A stretch of 62,527 nt of DNA, filler included, from Basidioascus undulatus (lineage: Eukaryota), in NCBI GenBank assembly GCA_000826855.1. It is 5 parts of 5 records of this genome, joined end to end, with 100 filler letters (N's around TTAATTAATTAA, not from the genome) between each part and the next. Parts side by side here need not be neighbours in the genome. Positions count along the whole stretch, not along the records: positions 8,405 to 16,719 come from JTLS01001408.1; positions 16,820 to 25,134 come from JTLS01001409.1; positions 25,235 to 54,118 come from JTLS01000141.1; 2 more parts are not named here. One strand, written 5' to 3'. Of the stretch, positions 12,941-25,919 are shown in pieces. The stretch's first letter is position 1. Every line of letters begins with the position of its first letter. Position numbers and translations under genes: made by a program. The notes beneath the pieces are model-generated. The model was given only the letters and a program-made list of their open reading frames with translations. It searched no databases and was not told where the DNA came from.

Positions 12941-14101
12941 ATGTCGCAAAGCCGGTCCGGACCCGATCTTTCGTCTCCCAGCACCATGGGCAGGCAGCTC
13001 ACCCCCGCCCGCCCGCAGCACAGATTAACAGCGCAGTCAGTCCGCGACCGGTCCGCCCTGCTGGGCACGTCCTCGGCAGCGTCCACAGCGACGGGGACAT
13101 CGTACCCGCCCTCGCGCTCAGAGTCGCCCTTCGGCTATTACCCGCACGGCAGCGGGGGCGGCGCCGGGGGGAGGTGGGGAGGGGGCGGTGGGTACGCGGA
13201 CTATCCCGCGGGGCAGCGGTTCGCGGACGATTTGGAGGGGCAGAATGAGGAGCAGCTGGAGGGGCTCAGCGCGAAGGTCAAGCTGCTGAAGGACGTGAGT
13301 GCATATCTGGTGGAGATGCGGGGCAAACGGCGGGTTGGAGAGTCCGGACGGGATGCGCTCCAGTCATTCCTCGAACGCTTTAGGGTCGGCCTCATGGCGT
13401 TCTTACAGCCGTTTGACGAAGAGGTTGCCTCTTTTACCGCTGGACGGGTGGGCGGAGTGGGCGGGGGCGGGGTTGTGCGAGCCCGCGGGAGGTTGCGATG
13501 CCGAGGAGGAGGCTTCCTTTAACTGGCTGGGCCGCATGGGAACAGGAGGTCGGGGGATGCTGGGCCGGATGGCATTCTGCGGGACGCCTCTGGAGAGAGG
13601 CAGTGATGCTGCCATGGGAATCCCAGCGTAACTCGGCCTGGTTGTCCGAGGGTCCGGCTCGCCATGAGCGCACAGGAGCGGAGCAGACGAAGCAGGCTGT
13701 TCTGCCTGTTCCTCTCTTTCTTCCATCTCACACAGCCTACAAGAGCTTACACATATGGTGTATAATTTGTTCTGATGACCCATCACGGTATCCCGCAGAT
13801 CACGCTGAGCATCGGCCAAGAAGCGCGGGACTCCGCCTTGGAGCTCGGGCGGATGGTGCGTCTCCTCTCCTCCCCTCTCATCTCCTTCTCTATCACTCCT
13901 ATCCGCACCATCTGCTCACCCACCGAATACTCTTGCCCGCCACAGAACGACTCGTTCGAGTCGACGTCGACTTTTCTCGGGGGCACGATGCGGCGGCTCG
14001 AGAACATGGCCGGCAAGCAGGGCGGGCGTTGGCTGTGCTTCATGGTCTTTCTCGTCATCGTCTTCTGGATCTTTGTGGTTACTTGGTGGTTTAGGCGGTA
14101 G
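12941..14101 (+). CDS. BET1: BET1-like Qc-SNARE
   Basis: RDRSALLG...DDLEGQNEEQLEGLSAKVKLLKD|ITLSIGQEARDS...|NDSFESTSTFLGGTMRRLENMA followed by a C-terminal transmembrane helix. Introns 13295-13798 and 13856-13945; start codon uncertain. Confidence 0.88.
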
Positions 14102-15069
14102 CGCACGAGTACGCCCTTTCTTTGTGCGCTGGTGCATGCGGCGTGTGAGAGCCAGTCGCCATCGCTTGGCCGTGTGCGAGAGGCGAGTAGTAGCGCTGAA
14201 CGGCATTCGCATGCTTCGCGTCTCGAGTCCCTGCGATTCATGAATGACCAGGCGCAGCACCTCTCCGATATTACCTCTGCCATTGATGACGCCTGAAACA
14301 TCACCGATTGGACCGGAAAGCGTTGACGAGGTTTGGCGGAGGGGTCTGCTGCATGTGGCCTTTCTTAAATACACACCCTCTTTCATGTGTTGCAACAACT
14401 ACATTTGAGCGTTGACAGCGCGCGGCTCTGGCTCTTCTGGTCCGGGACTCGAACCTCTCGATGTAAGAACAGGAGACGCGACGGGGAAGAGTGTTCTTCC
14501 TCGAACTGCTTGAGGAAGGAACCGGCAACGGCCGCTGGCTAAGTCCGGGCTCGGCAGCAAGAGATGTGACCTGGTGCGAAGCTAGGTTGGCTGGGTACTG
14601 GAATATGAGCCGCGTGAGCGTGAAGTGTGATTCCGAGGTGGGAAATATCTCGCAAGCGCGCTGGGCTCGGCTGGAGAGGGATGGGGTGCGAACGCCGTTC
14701 GAGCGGTGGCAGAGCCAGATCCGAAGCGGCGGCGGCATTCGATGGGCGAACGTTAGAGAGGAAGGGAAGCGTAGAGGGGTGAGTGGCCGAGGAGCGGTGG
14801 GAAAGCCGGGGTTGATCGAGCGTTCCAAAAGGAAAGGTCGTAAGTGAGGGTCAGGAAGACACGGAGCGCGGCGTGCTGAGCGAGCGATGCGTATGATTGG
14901 TGTGCAATTGCGAAACAAAGGAAGATGAAAGGAAAACAACAGCCCTAGAAATCCCCACGTGCGTCCATATGTCCATCTCATCCAACACCTGTCCTCTCTA
15001 CGCATTCGCATTACCCACCAAGCATGAGCGACAACCTCCCCCCTCAAGCATGGACCACGAGATACGCAC

Positions 15070-15638
15070 CTAGATCTTCCACCCCCCACCCTCGTGCGTC
15101 GTGTCGTGGAGCTGTGACCAGATGCCGCGGACGCTCTCGTTCGTGCTCTCGACCGTGCGCCGCTTGAGGGGCACGATTTTGTTCCCGCTTGCGGAGAGGA
15201 GGAGCTCGACCTTCTCGGCGACCTTGTGTGCGGGGAGGGTGAGGAGAGATATGTGCTTTTCGCGTTGGTTGACTGGATGACCCACCACCAAATATTCAGC
15301 CGAGGAGATCAGGGGAGAGAGAAGGCAGGGTCGAGGAAGGACGAGGGATGGGAAAGGAGAAAGGACCCACTGTACTCGCCCCTGATCCACCCGCCCATCT
15401 TGACGCCCAAGCACCCCTTCCTTCCCTTCGCAACGCCCTCCACGCAAAGCTCGACGTGCGGGTTGGCGCGCGCGAGGGGCACGAGCCCGCGGCGGAGGAA
15501 CTCGCGCAGGCCGGCGTGCGCCGGGTCGGTGTCGGACACGGCGAAGACGATGCGGCGGACCTGGGGGATGAACGAGGAGGGCTGGGTGTGCGAGGGCTGC
15601 GTGAGCAGCTGACGCCGCAGGATCGCGGGGGCGGACAT
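15070..15638 (-). CDS. MRPL51: Mitochondrial ribosomal protein mL43 (yeast Mrpl51)
   Basis: SFIPQVRRIVFAVSDTDPAHAGLREFL...ARANPHVEL...IRGEY| then NQREKHISL...LLLSASGNKIVPLKRRTVESTNESVRGIWS, the family-typical C-terminus. One intron. Confidence 0.85.
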
Positions 15639-16154
15639 GGTGTGTGGACTGAGGTGTGGGTAACTGGAGAGATGGCAAGGGAAGCGAGAAGGCCGAGCAG
15701 GAGAATGCGGTTGAAATCCGCGGATCAACCGAGGTGTAGGAGGGACCACAGACATCACAGACGCAGACGGACCCCGGTCTCGGACGCGAAATCGAATCGA
15801 CCTCTTGCTCTCACACTCTCGCGTCTCCCCGCCCAGCATTGCCAGCGCGCACACCGCTCCCCGCGCACGATTCCGCATTTTCCAGTCTATAGTTCGTGCG
15901 TACTTTACAGAGAAATGGCGGTGTATACGCGAAGCTGATTTATGCGCGCGCGCAGACACGCTCCGTGGGCCTTGTTGACCCTCCTCGCGCGTCCGGATCG
16001 TCTGCTCTCAACTAAGCGAGCTGCCTCTACGCGCTTGAGACGCGCCTCGACGGTCTTCCTCCTTGCACTCGGCTCGCCTGCACCGACACTGCTCTGAATT
16101 TTCAGCGAATACGCACCGTCGCCTCCCTATCATCTACCCAGCGCCCTAATCAGC

Positions 16155-16719
16155 ATGACTCTCCGCCCCCGTCCAGCACGCGCGTCTTTCTCTCCCTCGC
16201 TCTTCGAAGTCATCTTACCGTCTCTTCTCCTGTTCTTTCGCATACACAGAATCATCCCCGCCCCCACCCGCCGATGTCTCGGGCACAAAGAAGCGCAAGC
16301 GCCGCTCCGAGGCGCCCAACGGCCACCACACGTCCGACAACGAGGCGGACGACGCCGGGCACGCGGGCGCGCTCCCGCACAATGACGATGAGGGGATGCT
16401 CCTCGGCGCAGAAGATGGGATGAAGCTTCTGACAGTGCTGAAAAGGTGCGTTGGCTTCTGAGTCGGTGCTAGGGAGACGACGGAAAGGGGCCGAGGAGTG
16501 ATGGGCGCACGCCGGTCGCTGACTGCTTGTGGGATGGAACAGCGTCGACCCCGAAGGTGAATACCTCTCGCACCTCACCACCCACCCCCCGCCTCCGCCG
16601 GGCCAGCCCAAGAAGCGCGGCCGCAAACCAAAGTCGCAGATGCCGCGTCCGCTCGGCGAAATCCTCCTCGAGCCGGACACGTCCCTGCGTCTGCTCGAGG
16701 TGTGTCCCTATCCCCGTTC
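16155..16719 (+). CDS. Hypothetical nuclear protein with NLS and AT-hook-like motif, 3'-partial
   Basis: Spliced MTLRPRPAQSSPPPPADVSGTKKRKRRSE...KLLTVLKSVDPEGEYL...PKKRGRKPK...; first intron is GC-AG (16180-16249). Truncated by the contig end. Confidence 0.6.
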
Positions 16720-16819
16720 NNNNNNNNNNNNNNNNNNNNNNNNNNNNNNNNNNNNNNNNNNNNTTAATTAATTAANNNNNNNNNNNNNNNNNNNNNNNNN
16801 NNNNNNNNNNNNNNNNNNN
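16720..16819. other. Artificial contig linker
   Basis: N44-TTAATTAATTAA-N44. Confidence 0.99.
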
Positions 16820-18081
16820 GGGTGGGGACCTCGGCGGGATGGTGGTGGTGCTTTGAGAGGCCGGAGGCGCCAGAACTTGCAGGAGGCCATTCGAGGTCAC
16901 GGGTGCGGAGAGGCCAGGCCTCTCCGCGGAAGTGCTCGGCCCGGATGCACCGCATTTCAGCCGACACACTTCAACATGCCGTTGCAGTTGAACAGTCATA
17001 AAACACTGAAAACCATTTGCTGATGAGGCATATCGTGGATCGACAAGCCAACGACTCTGCTGTCCACCTCACTCGTGCTCGGCGTGCCACACTCGGCCAG
17101 CAATGCCAAACGTCGCTTTTGAAACTGCAATGCAGTGGGGCTCTGGATCGCTGTAAAACACTTGCTAGCTATACCTGTAGTGGAATACACGAATTTATGG
17201 AGTATTTCTAGGCTGTTATTACTAAAACTCAGCCTCCATAGGCAAAAGCGTCGCGGTAGCGTGTTCACTGCATCCCGTAGCCCGCTCGCATATCGACTTG
17301 CCCTGCAACTCCGCACCTTCTGCTTTATACCTTTCCTACTAACAGGAAAGTACTAGGACGGTGTGGTTCGCAGCCATCTTGCTTCCCGTGTACTCGTCAC
17401 GCATGCAACGGGCCACGCTCACCTGCAGCTTCTTCTTAAGACTCAGAACAGCAATTGGTTTGCAGGTTGGGGAGTGTGTGTGTCCCGAACCGCAGGTCCA
17501 GTGACTCACGGCCGCCCTGGACTGCTCCAAACCGCTTGTCTGTTGATCAAGGTTGCCATCCATACTTCCCTAAACCCACGGCCTGTGAGCGCCTACTCAT
17601 GCAACACTAACTCTCAGGTGGAGTGAGCCGGCTGTCTTCTTGCTACCTTTCCGACTCACTCTCACTTCTTTCGCATTTGTTCAGACCCTCTTAGCACCAG
17701 AATTTTGCCCTAGAAATTCCAGGCAGGTTCTACATGAGGAAGAAAACACACGCGCATCCACGATTGTCGAGCACAGACAGACAGTCGCTGCAGCGCTGAA
17801 AGGCTGCCGGGCGCCGGCTCGCAAGTCCGAACGCCTCCACCGCGTCTTCTCTTTCTCGGAGAGTTGCTCCGGGCCTCTTGGAGTCACGCCCTCACCGCTC
17901 GTCCCCTCGCGATACGCTGACGGCCTTCGTTTCGCTCTTTTGTTGTTTGTTGTCTCCCTCTACGCCATAGACTAATACTCTCAAAAGTGGTGTGCATACC
18001 TTCCGGCGCATGCGACCGAGTCACGCGAGCTGAAACGGCCCTTCGTCGCAGCTCGCAAGCTCATCTCCATCTCCCGCCTCG

Positions 18082-20316
18082 ATGCCTACGCTCTCGACGC
18101 TCTCGCCGCTGGGCACCCCCGTCCCTGCCGTACCACACGCTATTTCGGTGTCGTTCCCGACCTGGCAGGACAATGTTGACTACGAGGAGGCCAACCCGCG
18201 TGTCATCGACAAGATGGCCACGGGCTACCCCCGGTGAGTGATGGCGTCAGGTCGCGATAGGATGGGGGAGGGAAGGGCTGAGGCTGGGCATGGGATACAG
18301 CTTCTTTATCCATAAAAGCATCCAAAAGGTGCGTGGTTAATTCAAGGACTCGGTATGAAATGCAGTCTGACAGGAGGGGTCCTCCCTCCAGCTCGCCGCG
18401 ATCATCGGCGCCAAGTTCGCGAACCCCACCGAATCCGTGCTCCTCTTCCCCTCTCTCCGCGCCGCGACCTCTTGCCGAGCCTTCATCCTCACTCACGCGC
18501 CCTCCGTGCGCCTCGCGCAGCTGACGATCTGCGACCCGTCCCCCTCCCCCGCGCTGCCCTGTGTCGAGGTGCACGCCGTGCTCTTCCCCAAGGAGAACTG
18601 GGCCGTCGCCAAGTCCTTCTGGCAGCACACCGGCCTGGGCGTGAGCAGCCGCATGGCCGAGCGCTGCCTCGAGATGCTCGAGCGCGAGGCCGCCGCAGGC
18701 GAGTCGGGCACGCCCGCCATCTCCGCGCAGACGGACGAGGCCGCGCGCGCGCTCTTCGCGCCTGCCCGTGGCCGCGGGAGCAGGAACAGGCACTACGGCA
18801 ACAAGATCGTCATGTCCCGCCAGGGCTCGCTGTCGGGCAGCATCACCTCTCCCTCTCCCACTTCCTCCGCCCTTCCGACCCCCTCCGCCACGACGACCGA
18901 CTTTGCCGCGGGGATCCTCTCGCCCTCTGCGCTTGCTCAGGCTGGCGCGGAGGAGGATGAGGAGGAGAATGAGGAGGACCAGGCGCTGTACGTCGAGGAG
19001 CGCTACGGGCGGAACCTGCCCCTCGAGTCCGCGCCGCTCGCGAAGCGCGCGCTGCGCAGGCGCATCGCGGGCGTGCTGTGCGACGACTGCGAGGCCAAGG
19101 ACAGCGAGCGCGGCGTCCCCGTCAGCGAGGACGACGTCTGGCTCTTCCCGACCGGCATGAGCGCGATCTGGTACGCCCACCAGGCGGCGCTAAAGGCGAA
19201 GGGCGAGGAGGCCGGGAAGAGCGTTTGTTTCGGGTGCGTCTGCCTTCCTTGTTCCTCCTTGTCTTCTTCTTCCACGCGAGCCCATTTCCTTCCCCCCCTC
19301 AGGTTTCCCTACACCGACACGCTCAAGATCCTCCAAAAGTGGGGGCCGGGCGCGCACTTCTTCGGGCATGGCCTGGACTCGGACCTGCCCACGCTGGCGC
19401 GGGTGTGCGAGCTCGCTCTCGCGCCGGAGGAGGGCGGGCGGCCGATCCTCGCGCTCTTCTGCGAGTTCCCCTCGAACCCGCTCATCCGGTGCCCGAACCT
19501 GCGCGCGATCCGCGAGCTCGCGGACAGGCACGGCTTCGTCGTCGTCGTCGACGAGACGATCGGCAACTTCGCGAACGTCGAGATCCTGCCCTGGGCGGAC
19601 ATCGTCGTCAGCAGCTTGACAAAGGTCTTTAGCGGGGAGACGAACGTCATGGGTGGGAGGCGCGTTGCGTTCTGGACTCTGGTGCAAGTGAAGGTGCTGA
19701 TGCAGGGTGGAATGTGCGCAGCCTCATCCTCAACCCGTCATCGAAGCACTACGTCTCGCTCCGCTCCGCGCTCGAAGGCATTTACGAGGACACGTACTGG
19801 TTCGAGGACGCGATTTTCATGGAGCGCAACTCGCGTGACTTCCAATCGCGCATCGAGACGATCAACCGCAACGCCGAAGCGGTGTGCGACTTCTTGCGCT
19901 CGCGCTCCGCGCTCCACGCTTCCACGCCCTCGCCCTCGCACGTCGTCAAGGAGGTGTACTACCCGAAGTGGCAGACGCGGGAGAACTACGACGCGTGCCG
20001 CCGGCCGCAGGGCGGCTTCGGCGGGCTCTTCAGCGTGACGTTCACGTCCGATGCAGCCGCGCACGCGTTCTACGACGCCCTCCCCACGGCCAAGGGACCC
20101 AGTCTGGGCACCAACTTCACGCTCAGCAGCCCGTACACGATCTTGGCGCATTACGGCGAGCTCGACTGGGCGGCGCAGTGGGGCGTCGAGAAGGGGTTGG
20201 TTCGGATCAGTGTGGGGCTCGAGGACAGGGAGACGCTGCTGAAGTGGTTTGGGCAGGCGCTGAGCGCTGCGGAGAAGGCTGGTGCGGAGGGCGGGGCTGT
20301 GAATGGGAAGGCATAG
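18082..20316 (+). CDS. STR2: Cystathionine gamma-synthase (fungal Str2/Met-7 type)
   Basis: HAISVSFPTWQDNVDYEE...GYPR|FFIH, WQHTGLGVSSRMAE, YVEERYGRNL, FPTGMSAI, FG|FPYTDTLK, CEFPSNPL, VVDETIGNF, PLP lysine in SSLTKVFSG, KGPSLGTNFTL, LVRISVGLE. Confidence 0.93.
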
Positions 20317-20533
20317 AGGGGAGGCGCATGGACGCTGCTTAATCTGGATCGGCTGAACTGCGGGTGCTGCTTCTTTGCCAAAACGTGTCTAAGAATGTGC
20401 GCAAAGGGATGATTCGGCAACGACCAAACAAGTGGGCTACATGAAGCGAGACAGGCAGAACACCATTACCAATTCCCACCGCGTGGCTCCGCCCGACCTT
20501 TCCCCTTATCCCTCTTTGGCGGCGACTGGACAT

Positions 20534-23500
20534 TCATAAAGTGTCAGTAGTCTCTCCGAATAAATTTAGGAGCGGACACACAGGAACTTCGTCCTCGCTC
20601 CCTTCGTCCGAGAGCGGAAGAGAGCGGCCGCTGTAGACGGGTGACGGCAGGTCCGACTGCGCGTCGACGAACTGCTCGACGCTCGATGCGCTTTCCCGCT
20701 TCTCGTGCTCGGCCCTCAGCCCGTATTCCGACTGAGCGGTGCTCGTCGAAAGCGTACGTCTGCTGCGTGTCTCCTCCAGTGCTTGCACGCTGCCGGCAGC
20801 GGGAGAGGGTGGCACGACGTACTCCCAGGACGTGTCGGGTGCCCTCGGGCCAACGGCAGACCTCTGCGGGATGTGGCCCCGACGGCGGAGCGCGTGCGTT
20901 GCAGCTTTAAGAACGTGTATGGGCGCCGGGCTTTCAGGAGCACCCTTAACGCCGGTCGGGGACGAGCTCGCCCGCAGCGTCTGTTCGGATGCCGACGGTG
21001 CCAATATCTGAGAAGGGCCAAAGGATAAGTAGAAGAATTCAGATGTAATCTTCTCCAAGAGCCTCAAAACGAACCTGGCAGTCCCGCCAAGTTTCGATCT
21101 GCGATGGCGCGTCGGGCGAGGGAGGCGCAGCGCCTTCCATCTTGACGACCAGCTCGGAGATCTTCCTACGGAGGTCGTCCTCCGCCGAGAGAAGCCAGGG
21201 TTTAGAGTGGAGAAGACGTTCGTAGTCCACCTTCAGCTTAAGAAGGCGTTCATACTCTGCGTCGGCGGCTTGTCGGTCGACGGCGGGGAAGGGAGTCTCG
21301 GGCCGAGGAAGCTGAAGGGCATCGCCATGCGCCGAGGATTCCTGGAGTTTGTTCTGAATCTAAGAGTTAAAGAGTACGGGGTTACGTACCCCGGACGTGG
21401 TGACTTCGGGAAGAGAAGCAGAGGTTGGCGGATCGTGCACCGACTGCGTCTGCGAAGGCGTAACTGGCTGAAAGAGGAGCCAGGACCTATAAGCTTCTCC
21501 ACCTGAGGACGTGTATAGTTATGCTGGCAGCGCACCGGTGGAAATACTTCATTCGCCGCGGAAATGCTCACGGACCGATCCACGTCGCCGTTTCCGCGAG
21601 GCCGACGACCGGAGCTCGCACTGGGGACATAGGAAGAGCCGGTTTCCTCAGTCAACAACATCCAAAGGTGCAGATAGGTATTTCAAGCCACATACAGCCC
21701 AATGTCTACCGCATTTCTTTGAGGGGATGGCGACGCCGGACGCGGCGACATCGGAATTTCATCTCCAGGCCTTTTAGACGAGTGGACCGCCGGCGAATTG
21801 CTTTCAGCATCGCCGAGAGTCGACCGGGGAGGGGCTATCCCGCTTCCGCCCAGAGCGATTCGTGCGGCGAACGCGGCGCAGAGGAGAATGGGGGACAGGA
21901 TGAAACTGAGCGCTACGTAGCTCGCGTTCAATGTGCCACCCGTCCATGCGACGTCGAGCAGTCCGGAAAGGAAAAGTACGGCGGAGACGGCGACGACGAC
22001 GCGCGACAGCCAGTTGAGCGGCGTACGGACACTTCGAATGCCGCGCTGCGGGGCGGTGGAGCGGACGAGGAAGCGAGCGCGGAGCGTACAGAAGAGGATG
22101 GAAAGGGCCGACAGAGAACCGGACACGAGCCAGAGTGAAAGCGCGGCAGCCGGTAGCGTCGAGGTGGAGTCGAGAAGGAAAGGGAGACAGGCCAGCGCAA
22201 AGAGGAAGATCGCCTGTGAGGATGTTCTCAAGTCGTCAGATTCCCTTCAGCGACGTTTCTGGGTGAAACTCACCAGCAGCCGACAGTGCGAGGTTTCATC
22301 CAGCTCGTTGCGCTGCTCGCCCTTGGCCTCCATCGTTCCAACGTCGCGGACCCAATCAAATCTCTTCGCGAGCCGGTCCAGCTGCTTGGGGGCAGACTGT
22401 CCGAGATGAAGCAAAGTGGCGCTGGGATTGTCGAATGCGGAAGCAGTGTGTGTTGTTGTCCAGCCGCGTCCCAGCCGCTCGGCGGACGTAGCGAGCTGTG
22501 CGAGGCTGTCGGCCGACGCGTAGGCGATTGTGGCAGGCGAGTGCCACCTCGGAGATCCGGGGAATTCGAGGCGTTCGGGGTAGACGTCCAGCCGGCATTC
22601 GTGGAGAGCGCGGAGGGCCGCAGCGAGGGAGGTCGATGCGAGCCTCAGCGCTTGGCTGACGTCCGCATAGTTCGGGTCTGCAGATCGAGCGGCTCTCCGT
22701 ACCCTAGAGAGATGACCATGAAGCTCCGCTAAATGCCTCTCCGCTCGCTCCCATCCACCGAGCGGGATAATGGAGGACCGCAAGAGCCGGACCGACTCAA
22801 GCAGCCGATCCAGTGAAGCGGTGAAGTGAGCGAAGGCACGACCAGGATCTGCAAGGTGGCCATGAGTTAACAAGAACTACGCATAAATTTTCTAGAAAGC
22901 GCACTAGGAGTCGTAATGGGGCTTTCTGGGATGGAGAAGCCTGGCCGTAGAAATGAGCAAGGCAATCGGCAGTCGTGTCTCTCAGAGACTACGTACGAGG
23001 TGTACGCGGCGACACAAGGATGGAAGCAGGTCCAGGGCCAATGGAGGATTGCCAAGCTAAGAAGGAAAGCCGAGTTCACTTAAGAGCATCAGTGGGCTGG
23101 AGTGCCGTTGCTTACGAAGCGGAGCTCGAGGACCATCGGGAGATTCTTCAATGAGCTCTATGCGCCGCATCCCGTTGCCAGTCAGAGCATTCGCTCGATT
23201 TGAAATGTCATGAAATTATTCCTCTTCCTTTGGCACGGTCTGTCTTACCCGTATCGAGGGGAGTCGGAGTGACAGGCGTACGCGGACTCGACTGCGAATT
23301 GGCGTGGCGAGGAGGAAGGACAGAAGAAGGGAGTCGTCCTGAAGCTAAATGAAGGGTTCAGACAAGCTTCACACAAAAGCGCAAGAAGATCCAGGTCTTC
23401 CTACTCGTAGTCAAAGGCCGATATCGCGGCTGCGAGTTTACTTCCTCAGCAGACGCGGCTGCACGAGAGCGGCTGGCTTGACGGCTTCGGGCTGTCGAGC

Positions 23501-24619
23501 AATATACGGTCGGTGCCATTGATTCATGAGAGTTACTAAGACTACCTCACGCACTTCGGGCACTACTGGGCTCAGACGCCGATGCTTGCAACGAACGCCC
23601 TGTAGAGGGAATGCACAGCCTTCAGCTTCCTGGATGTCGACAGGGAAGAAGTAAACAGTAACGCACCAGATGACTGAGACGGGGCCGTTTCCGGAGATGT
23701 AACAGCGGCTGTAGATATATAAAGTGTGGACCTTGATGCGTCCACAGCCGATGGTCGGGCATTCAACGAAGACGTTGCGGCAGCCGACGCGGCTGATTCG
23801 CTCGAGCTCGACGACACCAGGTTGATGTCGGACGAAATCGATCCTGAGTCCTCCGGGCGCGACTCGCTTGCTGGAGCCGTTGAAGCCTCAGCCTCGGCAT
23901 CGGCCTGAGCCACTGGCGTCGGAGCAGGTGGTGGAAGAGCTGGTCGAGCGTGTGACAGAGCCGCGGCTGCGGCACCGGCGGCGAACAGCGGAGGCACGAC
24001 GGTGGGACGTGTAGGAGGCGGGGGCGGGGGCCATTCGTATGTGTGCCGAGGAGAGTCGATGATAGGCCAGGCTCTAATATGGCTGGTCGTGAGCCAAGTG
24101 CCGCTAAGGAACCGCCGCCAGCGCGACGTCGAGAACGGAGACGGCACCGGTCGGGGCGAAGGGAACGTCGAGCTGGATTTGATTTCCCAGAACGGCGTCT
24201 GCGTGACGGGCGTGCCTGCAGGAAGATTAAAAAAAACCTATCAGCCGACAATGCTTAAGCGGACATTTTCAGACGTACTGTCTGGGTTGACGTTGAGCGG
24301 GAACTCAGCCGGAGAGAGATCAGGCGCAGCCTCGTCTGCATACAGGCGATACACCTCTTAAGATGTCCGAACTTATATATGAAGTAAAGTTCTCACCGAC
24401 AGGGGGTGGGTTGGGCGGATGCAGTACGACACCCCAGGGGAACCCTTCGCGAGACCGCATCAAGTCGAACCAGTCGGGCGTAGAGAGATGCGGTCCCATG
24501 ATGACCCACCCGTTCCGCCGCATCCGCTCCTCGATCCTGTCGCGGTTCTCCTGAGTAACATGCGCCGGGTGGACCGTTACAGGCGGGGGTTGGAAGAGCG
24601 ATGTGGGCGGCAGCGACAT
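20534..24619 (-). CDS. Multi-exon hypothetical membrane protein
   Basis: ATG at 24619. GT..AG introns link ORFs 24320-24619, 23572-24147, 22247-22873, 21683-22231 (about four hydrophobic helices) and exons down to 20534; for example intron 22273-22214 joins CRLL to AIFLFALA. Small exons near 23000-23500 are not fully resolved. Confidence 0.55.
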
Positions 24620-25134
24620 GGCGAGCGCGCTGCACTGTACGAATGGAAGTGAGACGAGGGACAGAGCAGAACGCAGCTCAACTGTGCGGCGTTTTATCTC
24701 ATGATGGAGCGACTGGGTATTCTAAACACGTTCTAGGTGGAGTGGAAGGGAAGGTTTAATGAAGCAAACAAACCGGGGAACGAAGAGTCAGTGACACCGC
24801 GAGGCGCACGAACGGCAAGGACGGTGTCCCAGGAAACTGGCGACCACTCCAGGAACCGTCGACCAAAGCTCAAGAGCGTTCCGCCGATATTGTTCCAGCA
24901 TTTTCGAGTTTGTACGTGTAGGAGACTGTGGATGAAAGACAAAGGCTAGCCGAACGCCAGCCGAGTCCTGAACATGTCCTCCCGTCGCTCACGCTCATGC
25001 ACGCGTAAAAGACCCATATAACCCATGTATTTGCTGTAGTTTAACATGCGAAAGTTTGAATCAAATTTGGCGAGACGACGATGATGGCAAGCAAGCAGAG
25101 GCGGCCCGACAAAGAGGGGGGGGATGCAACAAAG

Positions 25135-25234
25135 NNNNNNNNNNNNNNNNNNNNNNNNNNNNNNNNNNNNNNNNNNNNTTAATTAATTAANNNNNNNNNN
25201 NNNNNNNNNNNNNNNNNNNNNNNNNNNNNNNNNN
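25135..25234. other. Artificial contig linker
   Basis: N44-TTAATTAATTAA-N44. Confidence 0.99.
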
Positions 25235-25919
25235 GCGGGGGCCCCTGCGGGGGAGTGGAGAGGGAGGGAGGGGAGAGGATGAGGGGCTGAGGGCGCAATA
25301 CATGAGGGGTGAGTCTCGGTGTTGGCTTCTGATTGTATTGTGGCGGACACTGGCGAATTGTGTGCTTACTAAGGGTTTCGCCGTAGACTTCCCGGACCCG
25401 TGGAGGAGGAACTAAGCCGGTCGGGATCAGATTGGGAGAGGGGGTGCGGGGACGTTGATAGCTTGAGAGCAGGAGGGCGGGGTGGGCGCAACGACCATGT
25501 ACTTGTACGAGCAGAAGCAGCATTTCCACGATACCCCTCGTCACGTCATCATACCTTTCCACCTTATTCACGACGCCGTGCTCTTACGCCTACGGCATGT
25601 CTATCTCAACTATCAGCCGCAGACGCTGTCAAAGGGCAGTGCGACCCTCGAGACCGCATTTCAACTGGTCGATCCACTATTCTCATCCTGGCCCTGTGCA
25701 ATCAAATATTCATCGCTCATCTCGCATTCTACAGCTGCTCGACTTGGCATGATGGGATGGGTTCACCCCTGGTCGTCTCAAGACCGATCTCGGAACTCAC
25801 GCTGCTCGGGCTTGAAGCGACGTTGCTTCCAGTAGCTCGGCCGCATCTCCAACTAGACTCCATTGGGATATCAATTAAAATAATCGACCTTCACCCCATC
25901 ACCGCTGCGTTCCCGCCCT

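Noticed and set aside
14301..15089. 262-aa minus-strand ORF between BET1 and MRPL51
   Set aside because: No recognisable domain or consistent exon chain; a small gene cannot be excluded but is unsupported.
25235..25835. Possible 3' gene fragment at the start of contig 4
   Set aside because: No convincing frame, motif or splice chain.
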